Below are positions 51,382-60,060 of a DNA stretch of 64,000 bases, piece after piece (position 1 is the stretch's first letter; every line of letters starts with the position of its first letter). The position numbers and the translations under genes are program-made. Source of the DNA: Candidatus Latescibacterota bacterium (GTDB lineage: Bacteria; Latescibacterota; UBA2968); NCBI GenBank assembly GCA_965198115.1, contig OZ240241.1, positions 6,176,001-6,240,000 on the forward strand, given 5' to 3'. Under the pieces are notes generated by a model. That model had not been told where the DNA came from, did not search any database, and worked only from the letters and a program-made list of their open reading frames with translations.

Positions 51382-53406
51382 TCACACCGTGATGATGAGG
51401 TTGTCCCACTCGTCCCGGTGACATTTCGCCCCCGGTGGAATGACCGTGGTAGCATCGTCATCCTCGACGATCATCGGTCCATCCGTGGGGCTCGTCTCTA
51501 CAGCCGCGCGGTTGACAACGCCGGTTTCGACCCAGCCGATTTCCTTGCCAAAGTAAACGTCGCGCCCGGTTGTGACAGTTTCCGCGCGTGTATCCCTCCT
51601 ACTGAAAACTTCTGCTGATCTCACAGTCGCACGAACACGCAGACAAACCAGCTGTACGGGATCCTTTTCGGACCGATGTCCGTACGTGCGCTCGTGTTCG
51701 GCTTCGAATACGGTTCGGAGGTCGGCCGGCGTCGCATCGTTTGGTATGGCGATCTGAAGCTCGTGGGATTGTCCGGCGTAGCGCAGATCGCTGGTTGCCT
51801 CGATCGACGCATCCGGTAACCGCTTACGCGCTTCGTCCGTCAAGTCTGAGACGGTAGCGTGCAGTTCATCCACGGACAGTGTTTCGAGCTGATGGAGTAA
51901 GGTGCGTACGAGGTCGATCTGCAAGGGTGCGGTCAGCAGTCCGAAGGCACTGAACACACCGGGCGTGGGCGGGATGACGATGCGGGTGACCCCCAGTTCA
52001 CGGGCCATCGCCACGGCGTGCATCGGCCCGCTACCCCCAGCCGCCAGGAGCTGATAATTCCTCGGGTCTCGGCCTCGTTCGGCGGTCACCTCACGGACGG
52101 CCCGGACCATTCGCGCGGCTGCCACGCGACACGCTCCGAAGCAGGCTTCTTCGACAGGCAAATCGAGGACGTTGGCGATCTTTGCTTCGACGACTGCTTG
52201 TGCCGCATCCGGGTCGAGGCTTACGGTCCCGCTCGCCAGACCACCGGCGCCAAGGTAGCCGAGCAAAAGACACGCATCGGTGATCGTCGGCCTTCGGCCT
52301 CCCATTCCATAACAGACCGGGCCTGGATCGGCGCCTGCACTTTCTGGACCGACCTGTAACGCACCTCCCGCGTCGACGCGGATAATGCTGCCACCTCCGG
52401 CCCCGACTTCTGACAGGTCGATGCACGGGGTCCGAATGTGGTAACCTGCGCCGCTCATCAAGCGACTCGAGTGGGAGAACCCTCCCCCTACTTCGAAGTC
52501 AGCCGCCCGCGGCAACGCGCCGTTTTCGATCAGGGAGGCTTTGGCCGTCGTGCCGCCCATATCGAACGCGATAAGGTCGTCGATGCCAATCCGCCGTCCG
52601 AGTTCGGCGGCAGCTACGACTCCCGCGGCCGGTCCCGATTCGATGATGCGGACAGGGTAGGCCGCCGAATCAACGTCGGTGATGCCTCCGGCTGACTGCA
52701 TGATCCAGACCGGCGCTCGCACGTTCAGCCCGTTCAATCGGCCCTGGAGCCCCTGGAGATACTTCCGGACAGGCGGCATCACCGCCGCATTTACGACCGT
52801 CGTACTGGTGCGCTCGTATTCTCGAATCTCGGGAAGTACACGATGGGAAAGGGTGACGGCCGGATCGTCGACGCCTGACAACTTGGCCTCGACGGCCTGC
52901 TCGTGCTGAGGATTGGCATAAGCGTTAAGCAGACAAACTGCGATGGATTCGACACCCTCATCTCTCAACTGCTGAACCGCGTCTTCGACGTCCGTGAGCA
53001 CAAGTGGTTCGGCTATTGATCCATCAGCGCGGGTGCGCTCGCGAACCTCGACGCGCAGCCGTCGTGGAACGATGGGAGGCGGCTTTTCCCAGGTGAGATC
53101 GTAAAGCCGAGGCATTCGCAGACGTCCGATCTCGAGGACATCGCGAAACCCCTGTGTCGTGATGAGACCGGTGCTGGCCCAGTTGCCGTTCAAAATCGCG
53201 TTGGCCGCGACGGTCGTACCGTGGACAATGTCCGCTACCGATGAGCCATCGTGACCGGAGCGCTCCAGGAGTGATCGAAGACCCTGCTCGATCGCCACGC
53301 CGTAGTCATCTGGTGTAGAGGGGATTTTGAGGAGATGGACCGACGCCGTTGAATCTACCGCGACGAAGTCGGTGAAGGTTCCTCCGATGTCGATGCCGAT
53401 TCTCAA
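51382..53406 (-). CDS. hydantoinase A/5-oxoprolinase ATP-binding subunit
   Basis: IGIDIGGTFTD, HGTT, REYER, ESGPAAG, DMGGTT, GAGGGSI, GPESAGADPGP. Confidence 0.93.
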   Translation of the reverse strand: MRIGIDIGGTFTDFVAVDSTASVHLLKIPSTPDDYGVAIEQGLRSLLERSGHDGSSVADIVHGTTVAANAILNGNWASTGLITTQGFRDVLEIGRLRMPRLYDLTWEKPPPIVPRRLRVEVRERTRADGSIAEPLVLTDVEDAVQQLRDEGVESIAVCLLNAYANPQHEQAVEAKLSGVDDPAVTLSHRVLPEIREYERTSTTVVNAAVMPPVRKYLQGLQGRLNGLNVRAPVWIMQSAGGITDVDSAAYPVRIIESGPAAGVVAAAELGRRIGIDDLIAFDMGGTTAKASLIENGALPRAADFEVGGGFSHSSRLMSGAGYHIRTPCIDLSEVGAGGGSIIRVDAGGALQVGPESAGADPGPVCYGMGGRRPTITDACLLLGYLGAGGLASGTVSLDPDAAQAVVEAKIANVLDLPVEEACFGACRVAAARMVRAVREVTAERGRDPRNYQLLAAGGSGPMHAVAMARELGVTRIVIPPTPGVFSAFGLLTAPLQIDLVRTLLHQLETLSVDELHATVSDLTDEARKRLPDASIEATSDLRYAGQSHELQIAIPNDATPADLRTVFEAEHERTYGHRSEKDPVQLVCLRVRATVRSAEVFSRRDTRAETVTTGRDVYFGKEIGWVETGVVNRAAVETSPTDGPMIVEDDDATTVIPPGAKCHRDEWDNLIITV

Positions 53407-53446
53407 TTCTCAACCCAGGAGACACGACCAAAACCTTTGGAACCAT

Positions 53447-53497
53447 CCCTCGACTTCGCTCGGGACAGGCTCCTGAACACGGATGAACACGAATGGG
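53447..53497 (+). repeat. palindromic repeat copy plus AACACG(G/A)ATG repeat
   Basis: CCCTCGACTTCGCTCGGGACAGG followed by AACACGGATGAACACGAATGG. Confidence 0.65.
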
Positions 53498-53629
53498 TAG
53501 CAACCCGTCGATTGTAGCCCTATTCGGGGAGATGATTTGGCCGTGCCTAGAGATTCCTTGTACGTAGCATCGATGATTACCGGCGAAGTGAACGACAATA
53601 GAACAAGCAGGGAATGATGATCACCTTCG

Positions 53630-54102
53630 TTACGGTTTGACGGAGGCCACCTCACCACTTCTGAAGTAAACTTCCAGCTCGCCGTTGCCTTTGTCGTCCG
53701 ATCCGGCCGAGACGAGCGTTTCTCCCGATGTCGTGTAGACTGCGATGAGTCCGCCGTCGGTGTCTCTTCCCGCGCCCGCGTAGACGAGGTTGTGACCGCC
53801 ACCGGAGTAGACGCGAACCATTCCGTTTCCGACGTCGCTTTGGGCGATGGTTGTCGTCCGGTTTCCGTCGGTGTTCCGGACGTCGATTCGGCCACCGAGC
53901 ATCCAGTGGTCCAGGCTGACGACCGATTCGCCTGCTTCGTTCACGATCTGGAGTTCTGACACCGGATCGTTTCGTGTTCCCCCTCGTGTGACGCTCCGAT
54001 TGACAAACCGGCTACCAACAGAAGAATCACGACGGTGGTCGCCACCTGCCATTGCCTCACCTGACGCTCCAATCGCTTCACGCGCTTCTCGATCGGGTTC
54101 AC
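53630..54102 (-). CDS. membrane-anchored beta-repeat hypothetical protein, frameshift near 53955
   Basis: GGAGG RBS, coiled coil, TM, then repeated 'G.I.V....G' strands in another frame. Confidence 0.6.
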
Positions 54103-54161
54103 AGCATACCTCCTTTGGTGAATACTCACTGCGTGCCTGCTGCATTGGATACTGGAGTGTA

Positions 54162-55064
54162 CTACGCGCGAATGGCCTTAAGTCGAGGGATCAGGACGTC
54201 GCAATCGCAGTCGTGCGGCTGACCTTCCCAATGGCCATCCTCGCTTGCGTCTTCGCGGGACCGGTAGGCTTCCATCGCGATGGGTACGTCCAGGCGATGG
54301 AAGCGGGTCGTGAACCAGCCGTCATCTGACAGCGTGACCTCACGGAACCCGAAGGGGTAACCGATGAGACAAGCTGTGTCGACGATCAGGAAATCGCGGT
54401 AGGCCGTGATACGGTTGATGTGCATGTGACCTGTAAAAACGGCGACGATAGATAGACATTCGGACACGGTTTCCAGCAGACGGCGTGCCCCCTCAACGCA
54501 TCCTCGCCCCTCTGTACCTTCCTCAGGTGTCGCATTCGGGAGGATCCAGGAGTGTAGGAAGAGAACGGTGGGTGTCCGATCGGCGAGGGCTTGGCGGTCC
54601 GCCTCGCGAAGGTGCGTATCGTGCGCGTCTGTCCATTCACCCGAGCCCTTTTCCTTCGTGTCGCCGAGGAATACGTTCGCACGCAAGATGTGCAGGTCGG
54701 ACGCGACACGATCCACCGCGATCGGCTCGGAGGCACCGAAGGCCTCGTGAAACACATCGAATTTCCACGTCTGGGCGTCACAGTCGTGATTGCCTGTAAC
54801 GGGGTAAAACTCCGCAGCGAACCCGTCGAACGAGTCCCTAACATCCTGGACGGACTGGCAGAGGATGTCGGTGGGAAGGTCGAAGGCACTACCACCGCAC
54901 AGAAAGTCACCGCCGTGGACGATGAACTCGGGAGCGAGCGTGTTGACCGCTGGCACCAAGGCGTCGTGGATCTCCCTCCCCTTGGTCAGCATCTTGGGAG
55001 CGCCGTAATCTTTGGGCGCGTTGCGCCAGTAGTGAGAGTCGGTGACGAAGACGAATCGGTTCAT
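54162..55064 (-). CDS. calcineurin-like metallophosphoesterase
   Basis: TDSH, GGD, GNHD, LH, TGHMH. Confidence 0.9.
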   Translation of the reverse strand: MNRFVFVTDSHYWRNAPKDYGAPKMLTKGREIHDALVPAVNTLAPEFIVHGGDFLCGGSAFDLPTDILCQSVQDVRDSFDGFAAEFYPVTGNHDCDAQTWKFDVFHEAFGASEPIAVDRVASDLHILRANVFLGDTKEKGSGEWTDAHDTHLREADRQALADRTPTVLFLHSWILPNATPEEGTEGRGCVEGARRLLETVSECLSIVAVFTGHMHINRITAYRDFLIVDTACLIGYPFGFREVTLSDDGWFTTRFHRLDVPIAMEAYRSREDASEDGHWEGQPHDCDCDVLIPRLKAIRA

Positions 55065-55227
55065 TTGAAAACCCTACCAATGAGAACACGGAGATCACGG
55101 AGGAAGCCCAGCTACAGATTTCGGGTATGGCCGCGATCTTCGATGGTGTGATTGGAATGAGGTGGAGATCCTCTAAAATGACAGCATAAGGTCATCGAAA
55201 ATGTCTGTTACGGTTCCTGACTCCCAT

Positions 55228-56184
55228 CTATGGACTGGGGAGCCATTTCAGGGGGATTTCGAAGGTCCATTTCTCGGGTGGAAGACAGTATGTGAGGGTG
55301 CACGCCTGGGCTTCGAGACAGATTTTCAGTGCGACGTCTTCCCGAACATTGAACCGTAGGCCCGTTTTGAGCGTGACAAGACTCTCGTAGACGTGCAGCT
55401 GATCATCAATCCCGGGGATGTGGTGCGACCTGGGTTCGGGATAGTCGAATGGATCGACCGTCACGCCATCGATCGGGTCGATCTCGATCGTGAAAGGGAC
55501 GTAGCCGTCAGGCAGTGGAGCTGCCTGGACGTGGTAGCCGTCGCGGATGTCGAGTTCGACGATGAGGGTGTGGACTTGCCCGCGGCGAATGGTGTCTGCC
55601 GAGAGGTAGACGCCCGCGCTGCAAGCGGTCGACTCGATCTTGTGAATCGTTCCGTGAGAAGCGCTGGGGACGCGGAACGTCTCCTGGGTCATACGGGCGA
55701 TCGAATCACGCGTGATGTGGTCTGCAAAGAACGACCGATCGAAAACGATGCCGCGTTCGTCGACCATATACGTCCCGGGATAGGGAATACCGTACCAGTG
55801 GTGATCTTTTGGGACCGCGTTGTTGAAGATCCCAAAGGTTTTCATGACGGTACCGTTGCTGTCGGAGAGTAGAGGATAGTCGATCCCGTGCCTGGCAGAG
55901 AATTCGGCGAGTGTCTCGACCGGGTCATAGCTGATGGCGTAGGGTTTGACGCCACCTTCCAGCAAGCTGATCAGGCTGTCCTCCAGCTCCACGAGCTGAA
56001 CCTTGCAAAAGCCTCACCAGGCTGCGCTGCGGTGGAAGAGAATGAGGCTGCGATGTCGACCGTCTGGCGCGTATGCGACGGGCTCTCCGTGCTGGTCGGG
56101 GAGCTCGAACCTCGGAACGAGTTCTCCAATGCTCGGACCCTTGTGGAAGTCTTCGGTTAGGGGGTCGACTTCAGGATTTGGCAA
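55228..56184 (-). CDS. probable selenoprotein: AhpC/TSA (peroxiredoxin-like) domain with UxxC fused to a DsbD N-terminal-like domain
   Basis: TTG start; GPSIGELVPRFELPDQHG...LFHRSAAW-TGA-GFCKVQLVEL with in-frame TGA at 56014-56016; C-terminal QACTLTYCLPP. Confidence 0.85.
55982..56000 (-). promoter_or_regulatory. bacterial SECIS-like hairpin
   Basis: CAGCUC-GUG-GAGCUG stem starting 15 nt after the UGA, with G in the apical loop. Confidence 0.65.
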
Positions 56185-56348
56185 TGGATTCTCGCGATCT
56201 GAAAGGCAGCCACTGAGGACACGGAGGGCAGTGACGAGTTCGGGATCGGGCCCTATTCGGGGACCGGCTACTCCGCTGGCCGACGATCGCCGGCGATGGA
56301 TGCCCAGACAATATGGAGTCTGGATGCGAGTTGCTCAAGGATGGTGGT

Positions 56349-56377
56349 TTGACCGTGGTTTCTGATTTGGGTACTCT
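56349..56377 (+). promoter_or_regulatory. putative sigma70 promoter, near-leaderless transcript
   Basis: TTGACC-17 nt-TACTCT ending 9 nt before the ATG; no SD sequence. Confidence 0.4.
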
Positions 56378-56386
56378 TGCGCCGTT

Positions 56387-57091
56387 ATGGATCGATCTCA
56401 CGCACTTGCATTCCAGGGTGTCTCCAAGATCTATGAAACCGAAGGCGGGGGCCGCCTCGCAGCGCTGGATGACGTGTCGTTCGCAGTCGAAGCGGGACGG
56501 ATCGTGTCGATCGTGGGGCGAAGCGGCAGCGGGAAGTCGACGCTGCTTCATCTCGCTGCGGGGATCGACATTCCTACGCGGGGTGACGTCGCGGTAGATG
56601 GACAATCGCTGTCAGGTTTGTCTGAAGAAGCGCGAACGCTGCTGCGGCGGAACGAGATCGGGCTCATCTTCCAGTTTTTCTACCTGATACAGCATCTATC
56701 GGTCTACGACAACGTGGCCCTGCCGTCGATGATCGCGGGTGATCGCTCGAAGGACGTGGAGCGACGTGTGATGGATTTGCTCGATCGCGTGGGGATGGCC
56801 GGTCGATCAAGGGAACACGTTCAGAAGCTGTCTGGCGGAGAGATGCAACGGGTTGCCATTTGTCGGGCACTGCTCAAGAAACCAAGGTTGCTGTTGGCCG
56901 ACGAACCAACGGGCAACCTGGACGATGAGAATGGCAGTCTGGTGATGGATCTGATGCTGTCATTGGCCCGCGAGGAAAACAGCACACTGATCTATGTGAC
57001 ACACAGTCCCGTGTTTGCTCAATTGGCTGACGAGATGTGGGAGATCCATAGCGGGAGGGTGGATCAAGGCAAAAGGAAAAGTGCAAAATAA
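56387..57091 (+). CDS. ABC transporter ATP-binding protein (LolD/AttE-like)
   Basis: GRSGSGKS, LSGGEMQR, ADEPTGNLD. Confidence 0.93.
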   Translation: MDRSHALAFQGVSKIYETEGGGRLAALDDVSFAVEAGRIVSIVGRSGSGKSTLLHLAAGIDIPTRGDVAVDGQSLSGLSEEARTLLRRNEIGLIFQFFYLIQHLSVYDNVALPSMIAGDRSKDVERRVMDLLDRVGMAGRSREHVQKLSGGEMQRVAICRALLKKPRLLLADEPTGNLDDENGSLVMDLMLSLAREENSTLIYVTHSPVFAQLADEMWEIHSGRVDQGKRKSAK

Positions 57092-57231
57092 CCGTGATTG
57101 GAAAAGTGGCCCCGAGGCCACTTTTATTGAGGATGGGACATCGGGACGTAGAACATTGGGCGCTGGACGTTCAGAGGGTATACGTGCCTGCTTTGAGAAC
57201 ACTTCTTGCCTGTGTCCATCGTGGATCAGAA

Positions 57232-57345
57232 TTGTCATCCCGGCAGGCATCAGGCCGGGATTCATTTTCGTTTAGGCAATTCAGAGAGTAGACCCCCCTT
57301 CGACGGGCTCAGGACAGGCGGCTCCAAAAGCGTACCGGGGTGACA
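57232..57345 (+). repeat. REP-like GTCATCCCGG...CCGGGGTGAC element with a nested CCTTCGACGGGCTCAGGACAGG copy
   Basis: GTCATCCCGGCAGGCATCAGGCCGGGAT ... TAGACCC[CCTTCGACGGGCTCAGGACAGG]CGGCTCCAAAAGCGTACCGGGGTGAC. Confidence 0.6.
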
Positions 57346-57382
57346 GTTATGTGTCGCGAGAGAGTAACCTGACCAAGCGGAT

Positions 57383-60046
57383 ATGATTCGGTATTTCTCA
57401 AAGGCACTCGGAGCTCACTTCAGGGCGGGACGTAGTCTGTATGTCCTGACCGTGTTCGGTGTGGCGTTGGGTGTAGCTTCCGTGCTGTCGATCCAGATCA
57501 TCAATCGCAACGCGTTGGCGGCTTTCGAGGGCAGCGTGACGGCTGTGAGCGGTGAAGCGGATCTTTCGGTGTTGGGGCGGACGCCCACCTTCCAGGACAC
57601 CCTGTTTCCGACCGTGCTGGCGACAAAAGGCGTGCGTGCAGCCTGGCCACTTTTTCGCATCGAGGTGTTGCTGAAGCAGAACGGCCTGTTGGAAGGGGAT
57701 GGAAGATCGCGTGTTTTTCTGGATGTGATCGGGGCGGATTTCTTTGCGCCGATGGACCTGCCCTGGATGAAAGGCGCCACTGAGGACACTGAGAGCACTG
57801 AGGGGGTGACCTGGAGACACGGTCCAGGTTCCGAGTTGCGTAGACATTCTGAAGACGCTGAAAAGGTCGGAGGCCGGGGGAATGCGTGGTTGTGGGAGCG
57901 GGGGTGGTGTGCGGTGACGCCGGCGATGGCGGAGCGGATGGGGTGGTCGGTGGGAGACACCTTCGAGGTGGCCGTCGGGTCACGAACAGTGACGTTGGCG
58001 GTGGGCGCGATGATTGATTTTCAGGCGCTGAGCCCATTGGCTAGCCCGAAGCTGGTGGCGATGGACATCTCTCAGGCTCAGGCCCTTTTCGGGCGGTCCG
58101 GTGAGATCCATCAAATCGATGTCAAGCTGGATGAGGGTGTGGAGCTACAAGTCGTTCAAGCGAATCTTCAGCGACGATTGGGTATGTCTGTTCGTGTGGC
58201 GACCCCTGTCGAGCGCGGTCAACAAGCAGAAGGTCTGCTGTCGGCATTTCGGCTGAACCTGACGGCGCTGAGCCTGATCAGTCTTTTCGTGGGGCTCTTT
58301 CTCGTTTACAGCAGTACACAGGCCTCACTGATCCGGCGTCGCGAGGAGTTCGGTCTGTTGCGGTCGATCGGTGGGACACCCAGACAGGTGTTCGCGATTA
58401 TCGTGGGCGAAGTCGCGCTTCTGGGTGCGTTGGGTGTGGCTCTGGGTCTTCCGATGGGCTATTGGGTCGCACAGGCGAATGTCGATATGGTAAGTGCGAC
58501 GCTGTCGAATCTGTATCTGCTGGAGGAGATTTCGACGTTGGAGTTACCGGCGTGGCTCTACACGATGGGAGCGACGATCGGGATCGGCGGCGCGATGGCG
58601 GGGGCCGTCCTACCCGCGCTGGATATGAGCCGGCGAGACACGCGATCCCTTCTTGCCGCGTTCACGCTGCACGAGAAGATCGGATCCCTGGCCCCCAAGC
58701 TGTTCTCGACGGGCGTTTTGGTTCTGCTCCTTTCGGCGGTCTGGTATGCGACCATCGGACACGCGTGGAAACACGCGGGCTTCGCGATGGGCGTCGGGCT
58801 GCTGTTGGGTCTTCCGCTGATGACACCGCTCACGGTTCGCGCGCTCTGTGGGCGCATCCGAGTGGTGGACTTCGGGTTGGCGTATAGCCTGCGCGGACTG
58901 GGCGTGCGTCTGCAGACGACCGCGTTCGCCGTGGCGTCCCTTGCGATCGCGGTGAGTATGCTGATCGGGATCACGTTGATGATCGGGAGCTTCCGGCAAA
59001 CGCTCGAGGTCTGGATTGATAGATCGATCCAGGCGGACATTTATGTAGCGCCGATGTCGTGGCGAGGAAAAGGGAGCGAGGGGACGCTGGATCGCGGGAC
59101 GATCGAGGCGCTGACCGAGCATCCGGCGGTCGTGGGTGTGGATCTCCTGCGTGGATTCATCGGGTATGCCGCCGCCCGTGACGGGAGTGCGGAGGACCAA
59201 CACATTGGACTGGCGGGCGTGGTGATGGGGCTCGAAGGAGGCGATGTTCGCTTTCCTCTTTTGCAGGGAGACCGAGAAGAAGCCTACCGAATCGTGACAG
59301 AGCGCGGCGGCGTTTTCATCGGTGAGACCCTGGCTCGTAAGATGGACGTCTGGGTGGGCGACGTGCTGTCGATTTACACGCCCGAGGGCGTGCGGCCTTT
59401 CGAGATTGCCGCTGTTTATTACGATTACAGCACGGAGGGCGGCGCAGCGGTGATGGATCTGGCTACGATGGAGAAGGCGTTCGGGTCTGGTGGGATCAAC
59501 AGCATCGCGCTCTACCTGACGTCGGAATCCGACCCCGAACGTGTGGTCGACGATCTGAAGGCTGCTCTGCCGGACGTCCCGCTGCAGATTCGCAGCAATC
59601 AGCGGCTTCGCGAGCAAGTTTTCAAGATTTTCGATCAGACGTTTGCCGTGACCCGACTGCTGAAAGGGATGAGTCTGGTGATTGCGGTGTGTGGCATTGC
59701 GTTGATGCTGATCGTTCTGGCGCGCGAGCAGGTGTCTGAACTCGCGTTGTATCGATCGATTGGAGCGACGCGAAGGCAGCTTTTCAAGATCTATGTCGGA
59801 AAGGGTCTGGGAATGGGGACGCTAGGCCTTCTACTCGGGTTGTTTGGAGGTGTTCTGCTGGCCGGTCTGCTGATTTTCGTGATCAATCGAGCTTATTTCG
59901 GGTGGACGATTCAGCCCTCCTTCGCGTGGGAGGCGATCGCTCAGCAGTGCGTGACGATCCTTGGAGCGGCTGTGGTGGCGAGTCTTTACCCGGCGCTGGC
60001 GGCGAGTCGGACGCCGGCGACAGAGTTGTCGAGGGAAAACCTTTGA
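57383..60046 (+). CDS. FtsX/MacB-like ABC permease (AttF/G-like)
   Basis: Duplicated MacB periplasmic plus FtsX TM architecture; GVALGVA, RREEFGLLRSIG, FDQTFAVT. Confidence 0.9.
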   Translation: MIRYFSKALGAHFRAGRSLYVLTVFGVALGVASVLSIQIINRNALAAFEGSVTAVSGEADLSVLGRTPTFQDTLFPTVLATKGVRAAWPLFRIEVLLKQNGLLEGDGRSRVFLDVIGADFFAPMDLPWMKGATEDTESTEGVTWRHGPGSELRRHSEDAEKVGGRGNAWLWERGWCAVTPAMAERMGWSVGDTFEVAVGSRTVTLAVGAMIDFQALSPLASPKLVAMDISQAQALFGRSGEIHQIDVKLDEGVELQVVQANLQRRLGMSVRVATPVERGQQAEGLLSAFRLNLTALSLISLFVGLFLVYSSTQASLIRRREEFGLLRSIGGTPRQVFAIIVGEVALLGALGVALGLPMGYWVAQANVDMVSATLSNLYLLEEISTLELPAWLYTMGATIGIGGAMAGAVLPALDMSRRDTRSLLAAFTLHEKIGSLAPKLFSTGVLVLLLSAVWYATIGHAWKHAGFAMGVGLLLGLPLMTPLTVRALCGRIRVVDFGLAYSLRGLGVRLQTTAFAVASLAIAVSMLIGITLMIGSFRQTLEVWIDRSIQADIYVAPMSWRGKGSEGTLDRGTIEALTEHPAVVGVDLLRGFIGYAAARDGSAEDQHIGLAGVVMGLEGGDVRFPLLQGDREEAYRIVTERGGVFIGETLARKMDVWVGDVLSIYTPEGVRPFEIAAVYYDYSTEGGAAVMDLATMEKAFGSGGINSIALYLTSESDPERVVDDLKAALPDVPLQIRSNQRLREQVFKIFDQTFAVTRLLKGMSLVIAVCGIALMLIVLAREQVSELALYRSIGATRRQLFKIYVGKGLGMGTLGLLLGLFGGVLLAGLLIFVINRAYFGWTIQPSFAWEAIAQQCVTILGAAVVASLYPALAASRTPATELSRENL

Positions 60047-60060
60047 ACGGATATTGAACA

